64,000 nucleotides of DNA, from positions 62,001 through 126,000 of the forward strand of contig JABVCE010000008.1 of the NCBI GenBank assembly GCA_014905635.1. The letters are read 5' to 3'. Source of the DNA: Scenedesmus sp. PABB004. Taxonomy: Eukaryota. The position numbers and the translations under genes are program-made. Under the pieces are notes generated by a model. It worked only from the letters and a program-made list of their open reading frames with translations. It ran no database searches and was not told where the DNA came from. Each line of letters starts with the position of its first letter. Within the stretch, counting starts at the first letter, position 1. Below, one piece after another: positions 24,724-36,500 of the stretch.

Positions 24724-26492
24724 TGGCGGTGGCGCGGTGCGGAGACGGCGCGGCTCGCGCAGTCGGCCGCACCTTTGCGGCGCGCGCCTCGTCGTAAAAG
24801 TTGGTGAACCACTCCACCAGGCTCACCGGCGCGGCGACGTCGGCGCCGTCGGGGCTCGGGTGCACGCCCGGCGGCGGCGCGCCGGGCGGGAAGAGCACCC
24901 ACTTCTTGGCGCCCCGCACGACCGCGTTCCACGCGCACGTGGCGTTGGGGTCGACGTGGAAGCTGCTGCCGCTGCGCGGCGGGCCGACGATGAGCCACCT
25001 GCGGCGCGGGGGCGGGCGAGGGTGCGTGTGTGAGGGGCGTGCAACACGGGCGCATGTGAGGGGTGTGCGGGGGTGTGCGAGGGGGCGTGTGCGGGGCGTG
25101 CGAGGGGCGTGCGAGGGGCGTGGCGGCGTGGCAGCGCCGCGCCGCGCCTGTAGTCGGGGCGCGCCTCCTCGCCCAGCAGGGCAAAGAGGTCCTCCGTGAA
25201 CACCGGCGGCACCCAGTAGTCGGCCGCGAGGGCGGGGCAGGCCGACGCAAACGCCTGGCGGCACGGCGCGCGGCACGGCGCGCGGCGCGCGGCGCGCGGC
25301 GCGCGGGTCGAGAAGAGCGGCGGCGCGGGCGGCGGGCGCGGCACGCACGCAGCTGCAGCGCGTTGTCCGCACCTTGTCAAACTGCGCGCGCCGGGCGGGG
25401 GTGCAGGGCGGGCGCGGGCGCGGGTGAGGGTCGGCCGCACGCGCGCGCGCCACGCCGCGCGCCAAGCCCACAGCCCGCCGCCCCTCCCGGCCACCCCCCC
25501 CCCCCCCCCACCAGATACAGGGGCATCTCCTCCTGGGGCGCCCCCGTGTCGCAGTACGCGGCGTACGCGGCAAAGCGCCAGGGCATGTTGCCCACGATCA
25601 CCTGGCCCGCGGTCAACGCCCACGGTCAGCCGCCCGCCACGGGCAGGTGCGGGGACGGCGCGGCGCGGCGCGGCGGCTGCGCGTGGCGCACCGGGCGGCC
25701 CGCGAGCGCGGCGCTGAGGTACTCGCGGCTCCACTTGGCCAGCGCGGGCCAGCCCGCCGCGCCGTCGGTGAGCACCACGGGCGTGTTGGGCGCCTCGTAG
25801 GTGGCAACAAACTCCGCCGCACTCAGCCCCGCGCGCCTGCGGGCGCGGCGGCGCGGCGCGCGCGGCGCGTGGCACGCGGGGCGCGCGCGCGCGTGCGTGC
25901 CGGTCGCGTGTGCCGGGCGGGGCGCGCGCGCGCGGGCGCCGGGCGCGGGGGCCCACCGCGGCACATTGTCCACCTCCAGCCAGGCGGGCTGCAGCGGCAG
26001 GCGCGCGCAGAGCCAGGGCTGGTGCAGCAGGTCACTGTAGAAGCCGGCCACGCGCAGCGGGCGGTGGCTGCCGCGCACGTAGCGGCGCGCCCGGTGCGAC
26101 AGGTAGGTCTCCCGCCAGCTGCCGCACCACGAAAAGTCGCTGTCGAGCTCCTGCATCGCGAGGTTCTTCCACAGCTCCTGGGTGTGGGCAAACACGTAGA
26201 GCGCCCTGCTCGCGAGCCCGAGGCGCGCGAGGTCGGCCGCCGGCAGGTCGTACAGCAGCCCCAGCACCAGCTCGTCCGCGAGCGCCGCCAGCGCGCCCAG
26301 GCCGGACGTGCGGATCTCGGGTACTCTGCTCAGGTAGAAGTTGCCCCAGGGCTGCACGCCGTACGGGTGCGCCTCGACCGCCGCGTCGGCGCCGGCAGCA
26401 GCAGCGCCGCCCGCCGGCGCCAGCGGCTCCGCCGGCGGCTCCGCCGGCTCCGGCCCGCCCGCGCGCTGCCGCTGCTTGCGCGGCTTCGCCAT
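24091..26492 (-). CDS. JMJ22: F-box plus JmjC domain protein (JMJD6 group, Arabidopsis JMJ22-like)
   Basis: HPYGVQPWGN, F-box LAALADELVLGLL..., GFYSDLLHQPWLCA, WLIVGPPRSGSSFHVDPNATCAWN (HxD), YVPRGWWHMAINLDECVAVTQNY. Confidence 0.9.
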
Positions 26493-26841
26493 GAGACCGC
26501 TGGCGCGGGGGCGCGCGGCGTGCCGGCCCTCGCGCCTCCCGGTTCGGGGCGCGCCGCCGCCGCTGCCGCTGCCGGCCCGCGCGCGCTGCCCCGGCCCCGC
26601 CGCGATCCCGGAGGCGCGCTGGCGCGCTCTGCACGACACGGCGCTCACAGGGCCCCCGGTGCCGCCGCGGTGGGCCCGCCGTCGCCGGCGGCGGCCGCTC
26701 GGCGTGCTCGCTGCTCCGCGCGCGCCGCTGGCGCTGTGCGTGCCGTCCGGTTGCTGTGGGGTGACGCGGGTGGAGTTGGGGCTGGCGGTCGCGCGCGCGC
26801 ACCTGAGCCCTGCTGAACCGCACGACCGGTCGACGTCATTC

Positions 26842-27368
26842 CCCGCCGGGCGCGTCGTCGCGCCCGGGCAGCTCGGGCGGGCTCGGCGGGCAGCTCGGGG
26901 GCCTGCCAGGGTTGTGGCCGTGGGCGTGGCAATTCTGGCGCGCCAGGTCGTGAGCGCGCCGCGACGCCCGCGCGTGCAGTCCCGCCTCCGCCATCCCAGC
27001 ACCATGCGCTTCGCCCAGCTGTCGTCAGAGGTCAGCGCCCACGCGCTGCCCGAGGTTGCCGCCTACGTTGCGTACGCGGTCACCCCCCGACCGGCGAGGA
27101 CCGCGCCCCGGCATGCCGGCGACCCGGGCGCGGGTGCGTGCGGCACGGCGGGCACGGGGCGGGCGGGGGCGGGCGCGGCATGGGGCGTTGTTGCCTCGGC
27201 GCTGCCAGCGCGCCGAGGGGCCCTGCTGGCCGCCGCTCCTCCGCTTTGGCACGGCCCTGCGGCGCTGCGACCGTCGCCGTCGCCGGACGGCGGCGAGCCG
27301 CGGCGGTGGCGCGGCGGCGCGGCGTATCTGCAGGGCCCGCCGGTGTTGGCGCGCCGCGGCGGGCGGCG
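26842..27368 (+). repeat. Direct repeat A, copy 1 (~527 bp): duplicate of the 5' region, exon 1 and part of intron 1 of the MYND gene
   Basis: Matches 29150-29676 at offset 2308; I saw only two substitutions (26892 A/G, 27064 T/C). Confidence 0.95.
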
Positions 27369-27689
27369 CTGCCGTCGCCGTGCAGCCAGGCTGGCGGGGG
27401 CGGGCGGAGCCGCCTCACGCCCGCGCCCTGCGGCGCACTGCACCGGGACAGGCTCATCCCTTCTGCCGGGAGAAGCCCAGAGCCACAACACCCGCGCCTG
27501 CGGTCGGCGGCCGCTGCGCCCTGCGCCGCGCACCGCCGCCGACCGCCCGGCTGCCCAGCCCCGCCGCCGCGCCCGCTCCGTCGCCAATGCACACTCTGAG
27601 CTTGCGCTTGCGAACGCGCTGCGGGCCGCCACCGAACGACGCGCGGTCGAGCGGCTTCGCGCCAAGCTCTCCCACACACTCCGCTCGCG

Positions 27690-28877
27690 ATGCGCAGCGC
27701 GCCTGCGCTGGCGCGCTTGGGCGCGCAGCTGCAGCTGCTGCATGCGAGGAACTTCGCGGCCGGCGCGGCGTCGACGGCCAAGTCCACGTTCGCAGTTCCT
27801 GAGGGCCATCACGGCTCGGACCTGAGCAGCGCGGCCTGCCACATTGGCCTGGGTCGGCGGCGCGACCTGACCATGCGGCAGGACCTGAAGCTCTGGGACG
27901 GCGCGCAGGCGCTCACGCTGGCGGACGTCTTCCACGTGAGGCGGCGACGAGCAGCGGCGCCGCTGCTCGCTGCGCGCGCGGCCGCGGCGCACCCGGCAGC
28001 GGCAGCAGCGGCGGCGGAGAGGGCGCCGCCGGCGCGGGGACGGCGGCGCCGGCTGCAGCCGCAGCCGCAGCCGCAGCCGCGGCCGCAGCGCCCACCCGCC
28101 GCCGCTGTGTCTCGCCCGCGTGCGCAGAACTGCAAGACGCTGCTGGTGGGCTTCCCCGGCGGCAAGATCTGCACCGAGCAGCACGTCCCCGGCTACGCGC
28201 AGTCGGTGCGCGCGTCCCCGCCCCGCGCCAGCCGAGCGTGCCAGCGGCGGCGGGCCCCCCGATCGCTGCGGCTCCGCGCGCCGCTGCCGCGCCGACCGCC
28301 CACGCCGCGCCGCCGCCCCCGTGCGCCGCGCCGCAGGCCGCGGAGCTCAAGGCCGCGGGGGTGGACAAGGTGGTGTGCGTGACGGTGGCGCAGCCGGACG
28401 GCGTGCAGCGCTGGGCGGCGCAGCACGGCTTCGACAAGCCCGCCCACGTACGGCCGCGTGGCGCCCCGCGCCCGCCGGCACCCCCGCGCTCGCACCGCGC
28501 GCCCACCCCTGCCGCCCGGCGCCCTGCGCCGCGACTTGTGGCGCGCAGCTGCAGGTGCTGGCCGACCCCAAGTCGTCGTTCGTGCGGCTGCTGGGCCTCG
28601 AGCTCGGCCCGGACGGCCCGCCGTGCCAGCGCTTTGCCGCGGTCGTCGACAACGGCATCCTGCTGCGCCTGGTGAGCGCGCGCGCGGCACGCACGCGCCG
28701 CCACGGCGTCGCCGCGCGCCGGCGCGCGACGCGGGCAGCCGCAGGCAGCGAAGGCGGGCTGCTCACGCGCGGCCGCGCCGCGGCGGTGCTGCGCAGAAAG
28801 TGGAGCAGTCGCCGGCGGAGCTGAAGGTCACAGACCTGCGGAGCATGCTGAAGACCTTTGCCGACGCCTACGCCTGA
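27690..28877 (+). CDS. Type II (Prx5-like) peroxiredoxin/redoxin with organellar (probably mitochondrial) targeting peptide and atypical active-site loop; 5 exons
   Basis: LLVGFPGGKICTEQHVPGY, ELKAAGVDKVVCVTV, LADPKSSFVRLLGLE, RFAAVVDNGIL; presequence MRSAPALARLGAQLQLLHARNFA. Confidence 0.85.
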
Positions 28878-29149
28878 CGACGACCGGGGCCGCAGCTTGA
28901 CCGCGCGTGGGCAGGGGAGGGGCACCCAACACTGGACACGCCGGGGGCGGCGCTCGATTTTGTGCCCGCGCGCGCGGCGCCGCCGCGCCAGCTGCGATGC
29001 TGGCCGGCCGCGCCCGGCGCGCCTCACGCACTCTCAGAACGAGCGCTGCAGGGGGCTGGGGTGCGGGGTAAGCGAGGGCGACGCTGAGCGCACGCGCTGG
29101 TCGCCGCCGCCGTCGTCGCGCAACCTCGCTGGTGGTCGGTCGGGCAGTT

Positions 29150-29676
29150 CCCGCCGGGCGCGTCGTCGCGCCCGGGCAGCTCGGGCGGGCTCGGCGGGCG
29201 GCTCGGGGGCCTGCCAGGGTTGTGGCCGTGGGCGTGGCAATTCTGGCGCGCCAGGTCGTGAGCGCGCCGCGACGCCCGCGCGTGCAGTCCCGCCTCCGCC
29301 ATCCCAGCACCATGCGCTTCGCCCAGCTGTCGTCAGAGGTCAGCGCCCACGCGCTGCCCGAGGTTGCCGCCCACGTTGCGTACGCGGTCACCCCCCGACC
29401 GGCGAGGACCGCGCCCCGGCATGCCGGCGACCCGGGCGCGGGTGCGTGCGGCACGGCGGGCACGGGGCGGGCGGGGGCGGGCGCGGCATGGGGCGTTGTT
29501 GCCTCGGCGCTGCCAGCGCGCCGAGGGGCCCTGCTGGCCGCCGCTCCTCCGCTTTGGCACGGCCCTGCGGCGCTGCGACCGTCGCCGTCGCCGGACGGCG
29601 GCGAGCCGCGGCGGTGGCGCGGCGGCGCGGCGTATCTGCAGGGCCCGCCGGTGTTGGCGCGCCGCGGCGGGCGGCG
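29150..29676 (+). repeat. Direct repeat A, copy 2 (in its native position at the 5' end of the MYND gene)
   Basis: Matches 26842-27368. Confidence 0.95.
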
Positions 29677-32600
29677 GGCGGCGCTGCCCGGCGCCGCAGA
29701 GCTGGCGGGGCCCAGCCTCTCACGCCCACGCACCTCCGCACTTGCCGCCCTCCGCGCGCAGGCGCCGACCCGCCGGCCGCGCTGGCCGAGCTGCGGCATG
29801 CGGTCAGCGCGCGGGCGTCGCTGCTGACCGGCGGCGACGATGGCTGGGAGGCCGCCGCCTGGGCCACGCCCGACAGCGAGGTGCTGCGGGACGCGGCTGA
29901 GGCGGCCGCGGCGGCGCTGGCGGACGTGACGCGCGACGAGCCCGGCGCTGTCGCGGCCGCGGCCGCCGCCGTTGCCGCGGCCGTGGCCGGGGACGGCGGC
30001 CGCTGGCTGCCGCAGCTGTGCGAGCTGGCCGGCAGCGTGCGCGCCGCGTGGGGGGGCCTGGCGGGCGAGCTCAAGGCGCGCGACGCCGCGCCGCTGCAGC
30101 TCGCGGCGGCAGTCGGGCTCGTGCTGGCGCGCCTGCACCGCGCCGCGGCGCGCGTCGCGTCCGGCACCGGCGCGCCCGCGGCGCAGGCGGGTGCGCTGCT
30201 GCGCTGCCTGTGCGCCTGCCAGGGGGGCCTGCACGAAGCGCTGGCGGCGCACGCCTTCATCCTGCGCTGGCACGAGCAGCAGGCGGACACGGGCGGCGCG
30301 GGCGAGCAGGTGGACGCGCTGCTCCTGCGCGCGCCCCGCGGCGCCGCCGACGGCGCCGAGGCGCCGCCGGAGCCCGCGCGCCACGCGCCGCGCCTGCTGG
30401 CCGGCGGCGACGTGCCCGCCGCGCACCGGCGCTGGCAGCCGCGCTTCCTGCTGCCGCTCCTGCCGGCGTCCGGGCACTGGCGTGGCGGACGCGAGCTCCT
30501 GGCCGCGTGGGCCGCGCTCGCCGAGCGAGCGAGCAGCCTGGGCGTGCCGCTGGTCGCGACGCCGGGTGCGTGTCGCGCGGCTGGCTGGCGCGCTTGCCCA
30601 CGCGCGCGGGGGCGGCGGCTTGCGCGTCCCTGCTGACGACGCCGCCGGCCGGTCCCGCTCACCCCGCAGACGCGGTCTGCCTCGTCGTGGAGGCGCTGTG
30701 GCTCTTTGGCCAGCCCGCCGGTGGTTACCTGCCGGCCGCCTGGGCCGGCGCGCCGGCGGCTGATTGCGACGGCGACGACGACGACGACGCGCACCTGGTC
30801 GCGCTGTGGGCCAGCCTGCTGCCACGCCTGATCGCGTCGCTGGAGGCCGAGGCGCCGCCCGCTGGCGTGGTGGAGCGCCTGGTGGTGGCATGCGGCCCCA
30901 CGCTCCTTGGCATGCTGGGCGAGGCGCTGCAGCGCCTGGGGCGCGCCGACGGCGCCGTGACGCGCGCCGCGCTCGTCCGCTGCGTGCTGGACGCGAGCGA
31001 CGCGCCGCTGCTGGCGCGCCAGCGGCGCAGCGCGGCGCTGCTGGGCAAGGCGCGCCCCAAGCCGGGCGAGGCGGTGCCAGCGGAGCTCATGGCCCTCGCG
31101 CAGGGCCTCGCGAGCGCGGTGGGTGAGCTGCTGCGCCTGGAGCGCGCCGCGTGCGGCGGCGGCGCTGCCCCCGGCGACGGCGGCGGCGGCGAGGACGGCG
31201 GGGCGGTGTGGGTCGGCGCCCTGTGGCGCGCCAGCCCGCGTGGGCTGTGCGCACTGCTGGAGCTGCTGCTGCGCTCGCCCGTGCCGCCGGCGGCGCCGCT
31301 GGCCGGCCTCACCGAGCAGCTCCTGGGCGGCCTCTGGGCTGCCGTGCGGGCCGGCCCGCTGCTGGAGGAGCACGGCACCGCGCGCGCCGCGGCCGCGGCG
31401 ATCGTCTCGAGCCTCAAGGCGGCACGCTGCTGGCAGGCGGCGGCGGCGCGCGCGCTGGCGCTGGTGGGCGCAGACGCCGGCGCCGCGGCGCGCCGGGGCC
31501 GGCAGCAGGGCAAGGGCGGCGCCAGGGGCCGGCAGCCTGGCAAGGCGGCCGGCGCCACCGCGGTGGTGGCAGGGGGCGGCGAGGGCGCGCCGGCGCCGCC
31601 AGCCTGGATGCTGGCCGCGGCCGCGGCGGACAGCCAGGCGGCGCTGTGCGCGGGCCTGGCGCTGCTGGCGTGCTGCCTCGCGTGCACGCACGAGACGCTC
31701 GACTGGCGCCGGCGCGTGTGCGCGGCGCAGCAGCGCGCGGCGGCGCCCGCGCCGGCCGACGGCGTCGCCGACGGCCCCGGCCTGAGCAGCAGCCTGGGCA
31801 GCGAGAGCGTGTGGAGCAGCGGCAGCTTCCTGACCTCGAGTGACGACGATGAGGACGAGGACGGCGACGCCGACGCGGACGAGGCAGCCAACGCGGCCAT
31901 CGAGGCCGCGTCGTCGTGCGGGGCGAGCAGCGACGGCCTCAGCAGCTGCGGCAGCCCGCCGCGCGCCGCCCCCGGCTGCGCGCTGGCCCGCGCGGCGGCG
32001 CGCGCCGCGCCCGCCGCGCCCCCGCTGCCGCCGCCGTGCGCGCCGGGCAGCCACTGGGGCGACGTCGCGGTGCAGCTGGCGCTCGGCGCGGCCGCGCAGG
32101 CGGGCGGCGCGTTCGCGCTGCTCGGCGGCGCCGCGGCGGGCCAGGCGGACGGGGCGCTGGCCCTGCTCGAGCGCGTGTCGGCGGGCCTCGCCGCCACCGC
32201 GGTCAGCCTGGCCGAGCTCGCCCGGCTCGGCCTGCTGCCGGAGCTGGCGCCCGGCGCGCCCGCCGCGGAGGGCGCGGTGCGCGCCGCGCTGGCCGACATC
32301 CTCGCCGGCGGCGCCAGGGGCGGCGGGCGCCGCGCCGCCGCGCCGCCCGCCGGCGCGCCGGCAGACGCGCACCGCGCCTGGCGGGCGCGCCTCGCCCCCA
32401 GCGGCGCGCAGCAGCTGCACCTCGCGGCGGCGCTGTCGGCCGTGTCGCGCCAGCCGGCGGGCCCCGCCGCGGTGGGGTGCCACCACCCCGGCTGCTGCGA
32501 GCTGGCGGGCGAGAGCGAGCGGCGGCTGGCGACGCGCGCGTGCCGCGCGTGCCGCGCCGCCGCCTACTGCAGCCCCGCGTGCCAGGCGGCCGACTGGCGC

Positions 32601-32720
32601 GCCGGCCACCGCGCGCAGTGCGCGCACCTGCAGGCGGCCGCACAGGCGGAGTGGCTGCTCGCCGGCGGCGAGGGGGACGACGACGAGGGCGAGCGCGAGG
32701 AGGGGCGCGCCCAGTTTTGA
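29312..32720 (+). CDS. Large Ala/Leu-rich helical protein with C-terminal MYND zinc finger; exons ~29312-29441, 29762-30565, 30670-32720 (start tentative)
   Basis: CHHPGC...CRACRAAAYCSPACQAADWRAGHRAQC near the C-terminus; phase-consistent G|GTGCGT donor and GCGCAG acceptor. Confidence 0.75.
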
Positions 32721-33508
32721 TCGGCGCGCACGCGCGCGCGCGGACGGCATACGCCCCGCGCGCCGCGCGCCGCAGCAGGCATCGGTTGGCGCGGGCGGCT
32801 CTGCTGCTCTGTTTTCGGCGCACCGCGGTGCGCCCAGCTTGATCCCGGGGCCTCCTGTGAGGCGCCGCCTGGCGCGGCCGCGCGCGCTCGCCTGGCGCTG
32901 GTGCGTCGGCGGCGGCGGCGCCGCGCGCGCGCCGCGGGCCATCGCCCCGCACGGCCGCTCAGTGGCTCCGCTGGAAGAAAGCGGGGCGCACTCACGCACA
33001 CACTCACACACACATGCGCACACAGCGGCATGGGTTGGGGTGCGGGGGCTGTGGGAGGGGGCGGTCCGTCTCGCCGGTCATTGGGCCGCGTTGTTCCGAG
33101 GGGTTCGTGCGTGTGCGTCGCCGGCTTTTGGGTTGTACAACACCGACACAAGCAAAAACACACAAAAAAAAGCACATGTTGTGATGTTGTGAGAGAGCGC
33201 ACGCTGTCTGGGCAGCTGTACCGACCAGTACCAACAACCTTGTACACTAGCAAGGGGCGGCCAGGGGGAGCGCGCCGCCGCTGAAGGGGCCGCGCGCGCG
33301 CGGGCTGCCGCATTCGGCAGCGCGCGCGGCGCGTTGCGCGTGCGGCGGCGGGCAAGGGCGATCGGGGGTCGCGGCTGTCACCGGCCTTGTGTCCTGTGTC
33401 TTGTGCCTGTCTGCGGCGGCGGCGTGTGTGTGTGCTGCCAACCGGGCGCCGTGTGGGGTGAGAAGTTGCCAATTCAACGCTCTCCCGTCTCCCGTCCCTC
33501 TCGCGCTC

Positions 33509-36500
33509 TCACGCCTCGCCGTCGTCGAACAGCGGGTTCAGCGCGCCCTGCCCCCCAGGCGCCCGCGGCCAGGCCTGCCCGCCCGCGAGCGCCGCCGCCG
33601 CGGCGCGGACGTGGCCCGCGCGCGCGCTCACGGCAGCCAGCGACGGCCGTTGCCGCGGCTGCGCGGCCGGCCGCCACGCGCCGCCGGGGTGGCTGCCGCT
33701 GGCCGGCTGCGGTGGCCGACTGGCGGGCTGGCCGGGTCCGCCACCGCCGCTGGCCAGCGCTGGCGGCAGCGGGCGCGGCCGCGCTGCCGTCGGCGCGAGG
33801 CTCGGCCCGCGCTGCGCTGGCCGCTGCAGCTGCTGCTGCTGGCTCGGGCGCGCCCGGCCCGCCAGGCCGCGGCCGGCGCCCTCGTCGTCGGCCGGCGGGC
33901 CGCCGCCGTCGTCGTCGACGTACAGAAAGAAGCCCCCCGAGGGGGGCCGCCCCCTGCCCGTGCCGCTGCTGCTGCGGGCGGGTCGCTGCGGCGGCGGCCG
34001 CGCCGGCTCGGCCTCGTCGTCACCGGAGCTGCCCCGCCAGCCGCCGGTGCGGGGCTGGCCGCCCCGGAGGGCCTCCGCGCCAGCGTCGGCACCGACCAGG
34101 CTCTCCCTGCTCAGAGCGGCGCCGGCCCTCGCGACGGTGGGCGTCAGCGAGCTGCCGGCCCGGCGCGCGCCGCCCGGCGCGCTGGCGCCGGCCCCGGCGC
34201 GCGCGCTGCCGGCCGTCGCCGCCGCCGCTGCCGCAAATGGGCTGCCGCCCGTGCCGGCCGGTGCCAGCCCGGGCGTGCTGGCCGCCCTGCCGGGCTGCCG
34301 CAGCCGCTCCTGCGCCTGCAGCTCCCCCGACGGCAGGCGCGGCGGGCCCGCCGGCGGCCAGCCCGCGGAGCGCCTGCCGCCGCCGGCGCCCGGCCCGAGC
34401 TGCTGCTGCTGCTCGCCGTCTGGCTCGAACGCAGCGTTGTCGTAGGCGCGCGCGGGGCCGCCCGGCCAGCCGCCGAGCCGCGCCTCGCGGTAGCCGGCCG
34501 CCTGCTGCGCCGCGCCCACCAGCTCGACCAGCTGCGAGCGCGGCTGCGCGCCGCCCGCCGCCGAGCGCGGTTGCCGCGCCTGCGCGTGCGCGTGCGCGTG
34601 CGCGCCCGAGGGCCGCGCGCCGCCGGGCGCCGAGGCGGCGCGCGCGGCCGCGAGCTGCGGCGGCCTGCCGCCGGCCTCCCACCAGGCCCCCTGCGCTCCC
34701 TCGTCGTCGCTGCCGCCACTGCGGTCAAACAACGCCGCCGGCTTGCCTCCCTGCCGGCTGGCTCGCCACCCGGGCGTGTGGCCGCCGCCCGCCGTGGACT
34801 CGTCCCACGGGGCGGTGCCCGAGCCCCGCCGCCGGGGCGGCAGGCTGCCGCTGCCGCTGGGGCGGTGCGAGGCGCGGCGCCCGTGCCGCTCCGCCTCCAC
34901 CTCCTCGGCCGCCTCCCCCCAGTCCGCCCACTGCTGCGCGGGCCCCCGGCGGCGCTGTCGGCGTACGCGCCCGCCCGCTCGTCGCGGCCGTGCCGGCCGC
35001 GCGGCGCGTAGCGCTCGTCGGTCAGCTCGTCCGAGCCCGCGCGCGCCGCGTGGCGCGAGGACTCGCGGCGGTGCCGCCGCTGCGCGGCGCCCTTGCCGGC
35101 GGCCTCGTCCTCCCAGTCCTGGCTGCTGCCCCGGCCGCCGCGGCGCTCGCGGCGGGGCTCCCGGCGCCGCCCGCCGCCGCCGGCGCAGCACGCGAGGCAG
35201 CTGCCGGCCGCCTGCAGCGCGCTGCCGAGCAGCCCCGAGCGCAGCGCCAGGAACAGCAGCCCGCCGCCGAGCACCAGGCCGCCGAGCAGGCCCGCAAAGC
35301 CGCCCACGCGGCCCCAGCAGCCGCTGCGCACCGCACACACGACGTCGAGCCGGCTGCTGCACGCGGCGCAGCTGCGGTTGGACAGCGTGCCGGGGCCTGC
35401 GAGCGACGCATGCGCCGGCGCGAGGTGGTGGCGCCGCGGCGCACCGCGCCACGCCGCGCGCGCCGCCGCGCCGCACCCGTGCCGTTGCCGAGCAGGCCGC
35501 CGCTCGCCCACTCCTCGTACGCGGTGGCGTTGGTGTAAAACGGGACCTCGCGCGTGTCGCACACCTCGCCGCGCGCGTCGAGCATGGCCAGCCAGCAGCG
35601 GCGGCGCGGGGCAGCGGCGTCGTCCTCGACGTACACCACAAACGGCGGGATCGTCCCGTTTAGACCCGCCGCCAGCGCCACGCGCTGCGCCTCGACCGGC
35701 CGCACGTTGACGCTGCGCGCGCGCGGCAGCGGGAGCGGCAGCGGGTCGGCAGACCCGCTGGGCGGCGCGGCGGCTTGCTCGCGCACGCCGCGGGTGTGGG
35801 AAGCGCGAGTGCCGACCTGCAGTTTGTGACGGTGAGCGTGTAGGCGGCGGCGAGCGTGCCGGTGTTGGCCACCAGCGCGTGCAGGTAGCCGCGCGCCGCC
35901 GACGCCTCAAAGCCGCCGCAGCTGGACTCGGAAAACGTGCACATGCGCGCCGCTGCGCGCAGGGGCAGCAAGCAGCGCGCCGGCGCGTGAGCCAGCGGCG
36001 GCAGTGGGCGCGTGAGCCAGCGGCGGCTGCGCGCCGCGCGCGTGCGCGGCGGCAGGCGCCCACCCAGAATCTTGCAGGGGCTGGCCGCCACGACGAAGCG
36101 CAGGCTGTCCGCCTCCGCCTCGAGCTGCACCAGGCTGGCGCGCACGCCGGCGAGCGGCAGCGCGAACGAGAGCGGCCCGCCCGGCGCCGCGCGCAGGCCA
36201 GCGGCGAGGCCGTGCGTGAACTGGGAGACCAGGTACAGAGGCACACGCCCCGCCGCCACGCGCGCCACGTCGGCGGCCAGCAGGTCCTTGAGCTGCCCGC
36301 CGAGGCACACCTGGTGCAGTAGCCGCGCCGGTGGCGGGGCGCCGGGGCGCGTGGGTGCCCAAGCGGCGTGGCGCCGCCGCGCGGCTTGTTGCTGCGTGGC
36401 GCGGCGCGCCGCGCGGGGACGCGCGCGACGTGCCTGCGGCGCGCGCGTGCAGCCGCCTGGCTGGTAGCGGAAGGCTGTGAAGGAGGTGCCGACCTGGCGG

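Noticed and set aside
32720..33500. AT/CA-rich island as a foreign insertion
   Set aside because: Lies between the convergent stops of the MYND and HAP2 genes; consistent with 3' UTRs.
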